From: Candidatus Heimdallarchaeota archaeon
GTDB taxonomy: Archaea; Asgardarchaeota; Heimdallarchaeia; JABLTI01
Assembly (NCBI GenBank): GCA_030614005.1
Contig: JAUWKS010000073.1
Location: forward strand, 1 to 14,794
Length of the DNA stretch: 14,794 nt
Reading direction: 5' to 3'
Shown here: in pieces, positions 1-8,808 of the stretch
Layout of the letters: each line of letters starts with the position of its first letter
Position numbering within the stretch: position 1 is the first letter of the stretch
Position numbers and translations under genes: made by a program
The notes under the pieces: generated by a model
Database searches by the model: none
What the model was told of the DNA's origin: nothing
What the model saw: the letters and a program-made list of their open reading frames with translations, nothing else

Positions 1-3000
1 ATACTTACATTACCCCCATCCAAACCAAGAGTTAGGACCGATTTAGTTTGGTCTGATCTTCTACCTAAAGAAGCAGAAGGACTTGGAATAGTTCTTGAGT
101 CAATAGTGCAAAGTGCTCACCCCTATGAGCATCAAGCAGAAGCAATACAGCATTTGCTGAATTCAACAACCACCAATAACGGGTTAATCATTAATGGAGG
201 AACATATTCAGGGAAATCGCTCTCGTTTAGTGTTCCTGGAATAACTAAAATATTAACAGGTGAAACTGATTTTTTTGTAGTATTCTATCCATCAAAGCAG
301 CTTCTACTGGATCAATTTGACCGGATGAAAGAATTAGTTGTAAAATTAGAAGAGCAAAGTGGGAAACGATTAACCGTTAAGATGTATAGTGGTGATATTA
401 GTAGAGCAACAGGTTCAACAGTTAGTAAGCATGCACAGAAAAAAGAGCTATATGAAACAGAGCAACATCCACCAAACATCCTTTTAGCAACATTCGATAA
501 ATTCTGGTACCAGATAATGAGCGGAAAAACAAATCCATTACTCGATAAAATAACTAGTAGCCAGTATATGGTTTTTGATGAGATACATGCCTTTGAAGGT
601 TTTGCAGCAGCAATCATTAAAGGATTTACTCAGATACACAAGAAAAAGAATCCCAAATGTCAAGTTGTCCTATCCTCTGCAACGATTGATGATGTTGTGG
701 ATTTTAGGGATGATTTCTTACAAGGTGCGGGAATTATTACTTGCCCTCCTGTGCGTGGAGAACATGAATTCCTTGGAATAACAAAAGAACATACTGTACC
801 ATTTCTTGCCGATCTTTGGCATGAACTAGACTCTTTACCAGGAAAATTCTGCCTAGTATTTATGGACTCTAAAGAAGAGATTGAACTACTAGCAGAACGA
901 CTGTGTGCAAAGCTTAGGAAAAAGCACCCATTCTTTGAAGAAATAACTATAGCAATTATTCATGCAGACTTGCCATATCCTCAACGAAAAAAGATACTTG
1001 ATGAGATAAAGAAGGGAACAAGGAACAGAATCAAGATACTCATTTCCTCCTCTGTTTTAGAGCTAGGAGTGAATATACCAAATGTCCAAACAGTAGTAAA
1101 TATTGGGATACCAATTACTCAAAAGGATGGTATCGTTCAAAGATTCGCTCGTAACCGTTCTAACCCAAGTGAAAGACGTGTGAATGTCTGTATTTTCGAT
1201 TTGGTTAACTCTCGAGACAACTTCTATTGGCATCATCTTGAAATATTACGTACTATACTTGAAACAAATGCTTGCAATCCAATACTCTATCCAAGACAAA
1301 ATCCCAAGATTTTGGCTGGATTACTTGTCCTTCATTTACGATATGGTGTCAATGATTATCAAGAAATATTCTCTTTCTTTTTGAAAGAAGGAAGGAAAGT
1401 TTATGAAATAGCTCGGCAGCAACTCACTAAACTCATTAGTTTCAACGTGCTAAAAAAAGTGCCTGGTAAAATCTTGTTTACCAGTCAGGGAGAAAATAGA
1501 CTTCAACAATTAAAAAACAATAATGTTCTCGTTCCTTTATCTATTAGAGCTATTAGTACTAATTGGTCTATCCAATTGAAGAAAGGTATTGATTCCATTC
1601 GGTTAACAGATCAAACAACCTCATTAGGTAAAATTTCCACAAAAGATGTGCTCAAGAAAGGTTTGTCTGGCAATCTTATTATTAGGAATAGACAGAAATA
1701 TCTAGTTACTGATGTCGATAAGTGGCAAAAAACTATCCTAGTAAAAAAATATTTTATAAATGATTCGGATGATACTTTCTCTTTACCACCAATAAATCAA
1801 TTATATGACCCAACTATTTCCGTTGATGTATATCCGAAGAAAATTTTAGGAACAAGATTAGTGACCATCAATTTTGGACAGATCACTGCCAACCAAAAGC
1901 CAAAGATAATTGTAAATGCCAATCCAAATTCAATGCTACTTAATGATAAAGGCAGGGATGAGAACAACAACTATTTTTATCAGGAATTGACACAGCAAGA
2001 ATCCAATGAATTTGCAATAGCCGAAAACTCAGAAGGCATCATCATAAGCATGGAAACTGAATTATTAAAACCAAAAAACCTTACGACCAAGAAAATGCTA
2101 AAATTATTTGGTGAAATTCTGCTCATTGAAGCTGAGATGGTTCTTTCTATACCTGCTTCTGAATTTGAACTCGTGTATAATGCCAATCAATTGGCAATTT
2201 ATGATAAAGGAGAACCAAATGGAAACGCTGAATATTTGTTTTTACACTTACAAGAAGTAGCCCAACAAGCATTACTTAGATTAGAGCAATGCTCCTGTGA
2301 GCGAGGGTGTGAATATTGTTATGGAGAGATTCTGGGTCTTTTACCTGATGGTTCCAAAGAATATCTAAAACAATTGGTAAAAGATTTGGTAAATATTTCA
2401 AATTTAGAGTCGCTTGATAATACAGAAGCAATTGAACCCAATTTGCAAATCGATTCCCAAGAGAACAATATAATTGCTTTTTCCGATATTCATCTTACAC
2501 ATGAGTTATGCTTTCAAGAAGAATTTTTTGAAGCTATTAGTGAATTCAGCAAACAAGCGGTTATTATTATTATAAATGGTGACTTGCTGGACAAAGTGTC
2601 TGAGGAAAGTAAGGACGCATTCAATCAATTAAAAACAAAAGCAATACAAGAGGGATATTGGTCAAAATTAGTGTTTGTTCGAAGTTCTTCTATTCATGAT
2701 GGTAATCTCGAACAATTCTCTGGCTTTCTCCATCAAGACTATGTTTATATTGAAACTAAAACAGATCAAGTGCTTTTTGTCCATGGAAACAGAATTGGTG
2801 TTGATCCTAAAATTGTTGCAGAAAGAAAGGCTAAAGGAGCAACTATAGATGCAAAATGGAAACTAATTAGTAAAGAAGGTAGAAAGCGGTTGCCAAAAAT
2901 TACCAAAGAAACTCACCTTGTGGTAGGTCATTTGCATGAACGTTTCTTTGACGAAGAGAACAGGGTTTATGGTTTAGGTCATTGGTTAAAGAAAGGAAAT

Positions 3001-3099
3001 GCTTATCATCAAAAAAACTTGATGATAATTGATTCAACAAAGGATACAGATGAAATAAAGCTTTATCAGTTTGATAAAGCGAATTCATTCCTCTGTTAG
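1..3099 (+). CDS. YprA/MrfA-like DEAD/DEAH-box SF2 helicase with DUF1998-type C4 Zn motif, fused to a C-terminal calcineurin-like metallophosphoesterase (5' partial)
   Basis: The frame is open from base 1 (ILTLPPSKPRVRTDLVWSDLL...), so the GTG at 106 is probably not the true start. Motifs: Q-motif YEHQAEAI; Walker A GGTYSGKS (196-219); Ia YPSKQLLLDQ; II DEIH (577-588); III SAT; V LELGVNI; degenerate VI QRFARNR. These are followed by a winged-helix-like segment and CSCERGCEYC (2290-2319). From about 2467 come the phosphoesterase motifs SDIH, GDLLD, SIHD, VHG and GHLH. Confidence 0.85.
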   Translation: MLTLPPSKPRVRTDLVWSDLLPKEAEGLGIVLESIVQSAHPYEHQAEAIQHLLNSTTTNNGLIINGGTYSGKSLSFSVPGITKILTGETDFFVVFYPSKQLLLDQFDRMKELVVKLEEQSGKRLTVKMYSGDISRATGSTVSKHAQKKELYETEQHPPNILLATFDKFWYQIMSGKTNPLLDKITSSQYMVFDEIHAFEGFAAAIIKGFTQIHKKKNPKCQVVLSSATIDDVVDFRDDFLQGAGIITCPPVRGEHEFLGITKEHTVPFLADLWHELDSLPGKFCLVFMDSKEEIELLAERLCAKLRKKHPFFEEITIAIIHADLPYPQRKKILDEIKKGTRNRIKILISSSVLELGVNIPNVQTVVNIGIPITQKDGIVQRFARNRSNPSERRVNVCIFDLVNSRDNFYWHHLEILRTILETNACNPILYPRQNPKILAGLLVLHLRYGVNDYQEIFSFFLKEGRKVYEIARQQLTKLISFNVLKKVPGKILFTSQGENRLQQLKNNNVLVPLSIRAISTNWSIQLKKGIDSIRLTDQTTSLGKISTKDVLKKGLSGNLIIRNRQKYLVTDVDKWQKTILVKKYFINDSDDTFSLPPINQLYDPTISVDVYPKKILGTRLVTINFGQITANQKPKIIVNANPNSMLLNDKGRDENNNYFYQELTQQESNEFAIAENSEGIIISMETELLKPKNLTTKKMLKLFGEILLIEAEMVLSIPASEFELVYNANQLAIYDKGEPNGNAEYLFLHLQEVAQQALLRLEQCSCERGCEYCYGEILGLLPDGSKEYLKQLVKDLVNISNLESLDNTEAIEPNLQIDSQENNIIAFSDIHLTHELCFQEEFFEAISEFSKQAVIIIINGDLLDKVSEESKDAFNQLKTKAIQEGYWSKLVFVRSSSIHDGNLEQFSGFLHQDYVYIETKTDQVLFVHGNRIGVDPKIVAERKAKGATIDAKWKLISKEGRKRLPKITKETHLVVGHLHERFFDEENRVYGLGHWLKKGNAYHQKNLMIIDSTKDTDEIKLYQFDKANSFLC

Positions 3100-4536
3100 T
3101 TCCTCGTAGATGCCTTTGAATTGTTCTAAAGCAAATTCGAGATTTTCAACAATTTCATGAGCAATAACTTCTGGGTCCGGGAGATTTTCGAGGTCTTCCA
3201 TACTCTCATCTCTCAACCAGAAAATATCAAGGTTAACTTTGTCTCGCTGCATTAATTCATCATAAGTAAATGCTTTGAATCTCTCGGATTCTTTCCTCTT
3301 GTGTCTATTTTCAGAATTATAACATTCGATAAATTCCTCCAAATCAGTATATCGTAGAGGATTTTCCTTGAGTGTAAAATGTTTATTGGTACGTAAATCA
3401 TAAATCCAGAGTTTATCAGTCCATGGTTTATCGCTTGCAGGTTTCTTATCAAAAAAGAGAACATTAGCCTTTACACCCTGAGCATAGAAAATTCCTGTTG
3501 GTAATCTAAGCAATGTATGAACATCACATGTTGTAAGAAGTTTTTTTCTAATAGTTTCACCTGCGCCACCTTCAAAAAGAACATTATCAGGTACAACAAT
3601 AGCAGTTTTTCCATGTATTTTAAGGATTGTTTTCACATGTTGCAGGAAATTTAGTTGTTTGTTAGAGGTTGTTGCCCAAAAATCTTCTCGTTCATAAATT
3701 AACGATGATTTAGCTGCTTTTCCTTCAGAATTGGTGATTGTAATACTACTTTTTTTCCCAAAAGGAGGATTTGTTAATACATAGTCATAACGAATTTTTG
3801 GATCCGAGAGTAGTGAATCTTTACAATTAATAGGGCTCTCTTCACCACCAATACCATGAAGGTACAGATTCATAACACACAACCTAACAACATTATCTAC
3901 TATATCTGTTCCTTTGAAAGTTCTATATCGCAAGAATTCTTTTTGGTCTTTATCAAGAGAATACTTTTTGATAAATTCATGAGCTGCGAGAAAGAATCCA
4001 CCAGTTCCACAAGCAGGGTCACAAATTGTTTTCATAGGTTCAGGTTTCACAACAGTAACCATTGCTTTGATAAGTGGTCTTGGGGTGAAATATTGACCCG
4101 CACCGCTCTTAGTATCTTCTGCATTCTTTTGGAGTAATCCTTCATAGATTTCTCCTTTTATATCAATATCTAGACCCATCCAAATTTCTTCATCAATAAG
4201 TGAGAGTAATCTTTTTAATTTCGCTGGATCCTGAATTCTATTCTGCGATTTTCTGAAAATAACTCCAAGAGATCCTTCGCTTTTTCCTAAATTGAACAGT
4301 ACATTTCGATAATGATTCTCAAGTTCTGTGCCATCTTTTGAGATTAAACTCTGCCAGTTGAAATCTTCTGGAATAATTGATGTTATCTTTAGTATTCTTT
4401 CTTGTTCATCAGCCATTTTCAGAAATAATAAGTAAGTAAGCTGTTCTACATAATCGCCATAACTTACACCATCATCCCGTAATACATTACAATAATTCCA
4501 TAATTTTTGTACTATCGTTGCTGAATCTTTATTCAA
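3085..4536 (-). CDS. hsdM: Type I restriction-modification N6-adenine methyltransferase subunit M
   Basis: N-terminal KLWNYCNVLRDDG..YGDYVEQLTYLLFLKM, GQYFTPR, SAM-binding DPACGTGGF and catalytic NPPF. TTG start overlaps the hsdS stop by 8 bp. Confidence 0.96.
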   Translation of the reverse strand: MNKDSATIVQKLWNYCNVLRDDGVSYGDYVEQLTYLLFLKMADEQERILKITSIIPEDFNWQSLISKDGTELENHYRNVLFNLGKSEGSLGVIFRKSQNRIQDPAKLKRLLSLIDEEIWMGLDIDIKGEIYEGLLQKNAEDTKSGAGQYFTPRPLIKAMVTVVKPEPMKTICDPACGTGGFFLAAHEFIKKYSLDKDQKEFLRYRTFKGTDIVDNVVRLCVMNLYLHGIGGEESPINCKDSLLSDPKIRYDYVLTNPPFGKKSSITITNSEGKAAKSSLIYEREDFWATTSNKQLNFLQHVKTILKIHGKTAIVVPDNVLFEGGAGETIRKKLLTTCDVHTLLRLPTGIFYAQGVKANVLFFDKKPASDKPWTDKLWIYDLRTNKHFTLKENPLRYTDLEEFIECYNSENRHKRKESERFKAFTYDELMQRDKVNLDIFWLRDESMEDLENLPDPEVIAHEIVENLEFALEQFKGIYEELTEE

Positions 4537-5986
4537 AATCTTCTAACCTCGCTTGCTTTGTTTTTATATCTGCATTGGCAGAATTTATTTGAACATCTTC
4601 TTTAGATTTGCTTGTTAAACTATTTAATTCCAAATCTTTATCAAATTGAGAAATCAATTTTCCTTCAAAAGCTTTCTTTAAGATGCCTTGTTTCAATATT
4701 CTATTTTTTAGCAAAATGTTTTCAATATATTTTTCTATTTTCTCAATATTTGTTAATCGCCATTCGATTTTTTCTGCTATTTCCTTTTGTTCAATTTTTG
4801 TTGGTATAGGTACGAATTGATTTAACACATCAATATATCTAACTGCCGGATAACTAGAACCACGTTGAATTCTTGTTAATGAGTTAACAAATGAGTTTGT
4901 TAAAGTATAATAAAAAAGAAATTTAGGTACGATTATTTTTTTATTTGGTCTTAAAATACAAAATCCGGTTGAAGCAATTTGTTTATTATTTTGTTCCTTT
5001 ACAAATGCGATATTTCTTAGATAAGTTCTAACTGTCGAAAAAAGAACATCGTCAGTTTTTATTTGTTGTCTAGCTCTTGATGGAGCATTTTTCCCCAATA
5101 TTTTTTTTGGTTTAGTAATTTCATATTTATTAATTGATGAAATATCAATGTATGTGAAATATTCATTGGGTTTTTCAGAAGGTTTTACTTTTTTGACTTC
5201 TTCAGAAATATTACAAATTTGCATCATAGTCCATCCCAAATTTTGAGAAATAATACTCAATCGTCTATTTGAACTAGAATTAGACTTGTTAGTTTTTGAA
5301 ATAAGTATTTGTTCAGAATCAATTTCAACTAATTTCTTTAAATTGGTTGTTCTCCATTTTTCTGTTAATTTTCCTTCAAAAGCAGCCTTCAAAACAGCTT
5401 GACGATACCTAGCAAGTTGTAATTTAGTATGTTTGAGGGATTTAACTCCAGCATCTAGCTTGGTGAATAATTTCTCTAATTTAATCACTATCATTTCTTG
5501 TTGTTGTATTGGAGGTAATAAAATCTCAATTTTTCTTAAATCTTCTAAGTGTAGATTCTTAATAACTCCTCCTTTCACTGTTTGTTGAATATCTATACTT
5601 TTAATGTAATTATCTAATGAGTACATCAAGAAAAAAGGATTTACTTTATTTTTATCGGGCTTTAGTAAAGCAACACTAACGAATAAATCGAATTCTTGTT
5701 TTGTTTTAATAACAGCTGTTCTTCCAATTGTACCACTTTTAGTAATTAAAACATCATGATATTCTGGATTACACTTTTTTGTTAATTTTATATGTGCTTC
5801 TTTTGAAATATATTTGATATTTTTAAAGTCAATTTTTTTATCTCTGATGTTTTTTACTGAGATAAATGCAATGCCCTTTTCTGTGTATTTTGGTGTATGA
5901 TGCGCACCATCAGTAATTTTTATACATATTTCGTTTAAGTTTACCTTATGCCAATTGTTTTGTAAAAAAAAATTCTCCTTATTCAT
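4529..5986 (-). CDS. hsdS: Type I restriction-modification specificity subunit S (two TRDs)
   Basis: Layout is TRD1, helical conserved region (LPPIQQQ...AVLKAAFEGKL), TRD2, second conserved region (PIPTKIEQ...ILKKAFEGKL). It lies between hsdR and hsdM, with an ATGA overlap with hsdR. Confidence 0.95.
   Translation of the reverse strand: MNKENFFLQNNWHKVNLNEICIKITDGAHHTPKYTEKGIAFISVKNIRDKKIDFKNIKYISKEAHIKLTKKCNPEYHDVLITKSGTIGRTAVIKTKQEFDLFVSVALLKPDKNKVNPFFLMYSLDNYIKSIDIQQTVKGGVIKNLHLEDLRKIEILLPPIQQQEMIVIKLEKLFTKLDAGVKSLKHTKLQLARYRQAVLKAAFEGKLTEKWRTTNLKKLVEIDSEQILISKTNKSNSSSNRRLSIISQNLGWTMMQICNISEEVKKVKPSEKPNEYFTYIDISSINKYEITKPKKILGKNAPSRARQQIKTDDVLFSTVRTYLRNIAFVKEQNNKQIASTGFCILRPNKKIIVPKFLFYYTLTNSFVNSLTRIQRGSSYPAVRYIDVLNQFVPIPTKIEQKEIAEKIEWRLTNIEKIEKYIENILLKNRILKQGILKKAFEGKLISQFDKDLELNSLTSKSKEDVQINSANADIKTKQARLEDFE
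4656..5383. repeat. Pair of exact 17-bp direct repeats AATTTTCCTTCAAAAGC (4656-4672 and 5367-5383) inside hsdS
   Basis: Read directly from the sequence. The copies are 711 bp apart (237 codons, in frame) and both encode AFEGKL in the two conserved regions of HsdS. Confidence 0.85.
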
Positions 5987-8736
5987 GATATAAGCACCTC
6001 ATTAATCTCCACTAAAATTGCATTAAGCTTGTTATTGAAAAGTCTATTAGCTTTTACTTGCCCTCCTTTTTCAAAGAATGGTGCATATTGAAAATCAGAT
6101 TCTTCAATACTTAATGATGATATTATATGATTTTTAATTAAAACCAACCATTCCTTTTGTTCATCAGTAAATTTACGATTACTTTCTTCCTGCTCTTCCA
6201 ACCAGCTATTAAATCTGTGATTTATTTCTTCTGAAAATGGCTCTAATAATTCAATATCACCAAGCTCAAATCTAATGAGAGAAATGATATTGGTTAGTAA
6301 TTTTTGTGTTCCAACTCGTTTTACTTTAGCTTGATGTAATTGCTCATAGGCTTGCCAAAGTTGTTCTGTAGATAGACGATAGGGAGGTTTTTCAATTGCT
6401 TCTGCAAGTTCTTTGATTTGCTTAAATGTTAATTTTCTTTGACCATATGGCTTACTGTAGAAAATTTGCAGTGCTGTCAATTCATTCTTATTATCAACAA
6501 TAAATTTCTTAAAAGTATCAATTATTGTTTTCGCTCTTTCTCTTGCTTTATCATCATGACCAGCAAATAATATCTCATCTTTACTTATCTTATCAATTGT
6601 TTGTTCGTTTCTTGTTTTTATTTCAATTATCTTATTCCTTACTTTTGGTTCATAAAAAATCGCACAAGCAGCTTCTTTTTGTTTCTTCTCTATGTTCTCT
6701 TTCTGTTTTTTAGTAGGTTTATCTGTGTTGTATTCTTCCTTTGCTCTCTCTTCAATTATATCAGGATCAATTGAATCCAGCAGTCCATTTATTATCTCTT
6801 TTAATGGTTTATCTTTTGTAACAGCTAGTAATTCTTTCTTTGACTTTTCATCTATTTGATTATTCAACCTTGATAATCGACTGGCTAATGAGCTGATGGT
6901 ATCATTTTCTCTATTACCATAAACTATTGAATTCATTAATTTATCAAATTTAATTGATCTTTTTCGTTCTAATGGTCTAGAATCCGTTTTATCACTTTCA
7001 CATACACCAACCGCATCAACAATGACAAAATGAGTTTTCTCTTTAGCATCCATGGTTACTTGTTGGAAATCTGTTGACGAGATTGTTCTTGTTCCTCTTC
7101 CTTTCATTTGCTCAAAATAAACTCTTGATTTCACATCTCTCATAAACAGCAAGCATTCAAGTGGTTTAATATCTGTTCCAGTTGAGATCATATCTACTGT
7201 TACTACTATTCGTAGTGGATAGGAATTCCTAAAACTAGCAATCAAATCCTCTGGTTTTTCTCCAGATTTATAGGTTATTTTCTTACAAAATTCATTTCCT
7301 TTTCCAAATTCCTCTCGTATTATTCCTACGATATCTTCCGCATGTGAATCATCTTTAGCAAAAACTAGTGTTTTTGGTACATCTTTTCTTCCGGGAAAGA
7401 TCTCTGTGAATAGCTTCTCTTTAAATGTTTTAATTACCAATCTAATTTGGTCAACAGCAACAACACTTCTGTCTAGTTCTCTAGCAGTATATTTCAGTTC
7501 TTCGTCTAATATCTCCCATCTCTTTTTTCTTGTCAATTTGTCTCGTTTATCTATAAATTCCCCTGCTTCTACTTTGCTTCCCTTTTCAGTTATTTTTGTT
7601 TTTATTCTATAAACATCGTAATCAACATTTACTCCATCAGCTACAGCTCTATCATGAGCGTATTCCGTTACTAAATTTTGATTGAAAAATCCTAAAGTAT
7701 GTTTTGCAGGAGTAGCTGTTAAGCCTATAATAAACGAATCAAAATATTCCAAAACTTGACGCCATAAATTGTAGATAGATCTATGACATTCATCAGTCAC
7801 GATAAAATCAAACGTTTCTATTGGTATTTCTGGATTATAAACTACTTCTCTTGAAGCTTTCTCTCTTAATGGATCTATTTGGAACAATGACTTTTCTTCT
7901 AATTCATCCTCATATTCTTTTTCTCCCCTAAGCATAGAATATAATCTTTGTATTGTAGTTATACAAATTTTACTTACAGAATCAATTGTATTTGTTGTTA
8001 AATGCTCTACATTATATAATTCCGTAAACTTCCGTCCATCATCTGGTGTGATATATTGTTGAAATTCTTTATTGGTTTGTCTTCCAAGATTACTCCTATC
8101 AACTAAGAATAATATCCTTTTAGCTTTTGCGAACTTTATTAGACGATAGCCAAATGAAACTGCAGTATATGTTTTACCGCTTCCAGTAGCCATTTGAATT
8201 AGTGACCGTGGTCTACCATCATGAAATGATTTTTCTAAATTTGTAATTGCCTGAATTTGACAATCTCTTAAACCTTTAACATCTAAGGGAGGTAATTCTT
8301 GTAATTTTCCACGCAGACTTTTTTCTTGCTTTGACCACTCCAGCAATGTTTTTGGTTGATGAAAAGTAAAAACTCTTCTTGACCGAGGATTTGGATCCCT
8401 TAGATCGGCAAAAAAAGTTACTATTCCTGTTGTTTCATAAGTAAACAGTGGTTTTGCTTTCATATACTCAAATTTTTCTTCAAAAGCTGAAAGATATTTC
8501 TTCGATTGATCATACACACCACTTAGTGTCGTTCCTTTCGGTTTAGCTTCAACCACACCTAGTGGATTACCATTTACTAATAATAAATAATCTGCAAATC
8601 CTATGCCTAATGGAAATTCCCTAACAGCAACCCCCAATGCTGCTTTCGGATTAAAGTCCTTGTATTCTTGTAATAACCAACCTGCTTCTTCAAGTTGCTT
8701 ATCTATTTCCCTTCTTGCCTTTTCCTCTGGTTTCAT
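5983..8736 (-). CDS. hsdR: Type I restriction endonuclease/translocase subunit R (EcoAI/EcoEI-like architecture)
   Basis: N-terminal PD-(D/E)xK nuclease (ADYLL...VEAK, QSKKY = QxxxY), Walker A MATGSGKT, DECH, TATP, motif VI EQMKGRGTR, and a helical C-terminal region resembling EcoEI_R_C. Confidence 0.96.
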   Translation of the reverse strand: MKPEEKARREIDKQLEEAGWLLQEYKDFNPKAALGVAVREFPLGIGFADYLLLVNGNPLGVVEAKPKGTTLSGVYDQSKKYLSAFEEKFEYMKAKPLFTYETTGIVTFFADLRDPNPRSRRVFTFHQPKTLLEWSKQEKSLRGKLQELPPLDVKGLRDCQIQAITNLEKSFHDGRPRSLIQMATGSGKTYTAVSFGYRLIKFAKAKRILFLVDRSNLGRQTNKEFQQYITPDDGRKFTELYNVEHLTTNTIDSVSKICITTIQRLYSMLRGEKEYEDELEEKSLFQIDPLREKASREVVYNPEIPIETFDFIVTDECHRSIYNLWRQVLEYFDSFIIGLTATPAKHTLGFFNQNLVTEYAHDRAVADGVNVDYDVYRIKTKITEKGSKVEAGEFIDKRDKLTRKKRWEILDEELKYTARELDRSVVAVDQIRLVIKTFKEKLFTEIFPGRKDVPKTLVFAKDDSHAEDIVGIIREEFGKGNEFCKKITYKSGEKPEDLIASFRNSYPLRIVVTVDMISTGTDIKPLECLLFMRDVKSRVYFEQMKGRGTRTISSTDFQQVTMDAKEKTHFVIVDAVGVCESDKTDSRPLERKRSIKFDKLMNSIVYGNRENDTISSLASRLSRLNNQIDEKSKKELLAVTKDKPLKEIINGLLDSIDPDIIEERAKEEYNTDKPTKKQKENIEKKQKEAACAIFYEPKVRNKIIEIKTRNEQTIDKISKDEILFAGHDDKARERAKTIIDTFKKFIVDNKNELTALQIFYSKPYGQRKLTFKQIKELAEAIEKPPYRLSTEQLWQAYEQLHQAKVKRVGTQKLLTNIISLIRFELGDIELLEPFSEEINHRFNSWLEEQEESNRKFTDEQKEWLVLIKNHIISSLSIEESDFQYAPFFEKGGQVKANRLFNNKLNAILVEINEVLIS

Positions 8737-8790
8737 TAAATAACTTGCCTTCTTTCTTGTAAGTCTATGCTATATTTCCTTTCTGAATTT

Positions 8791-8808
8791 TATTTATATC
8801 GGTATAAA
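8791..8808 (-). promoter_or_regulatory. Candidate TATA box / palindromic operator upstream of hsdR
   Basis: TTTATA-TCGG-TATAAA (8793-8808) is a 6-bp inverted repeat. The minus strand reads TATAAATA at 8791-8798, about 55 bp upstream of the hsdR ATG. Confidence 0.3.

Noticed and set aside
106-108. GTG start for the helicase
   Set aside because: The frame is open to base 1 and the upstream translation resembles the family's pre-Q-motif region, so the true start probably lies outside the window.
312-3088. Short ORFs 312-617(-), 575-781(+), 1184-1384(+), 1980-2186(-), 2900-3088(-)
   Set aside because: They lie wholly inside the long helicase CDS in other frames or strands and have no recognisable motifs. 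They are shadow ORFs.
5964-5972. T9 homopolymer near the hsdS 5' end as a phase-variation tract
   Set aside because: Runs of 8-9 A/T occur elsewhere in this AT-rich window (e.g. near 5101-5108 and 9187-9195), so it is not distinctive without read-level length variation.
3252-7612. Short ORFs 3252-3464(-), 3856-4137(+), 4612-4809(+), 6525-6713(+), 7406-7612(+)
   Set aside because: Antisense or off-frame shadows of hsdM, hsdS and hsdR. The hydrophobic F/L/S-rich translations are typical of the reverse strand of A-rich genes.
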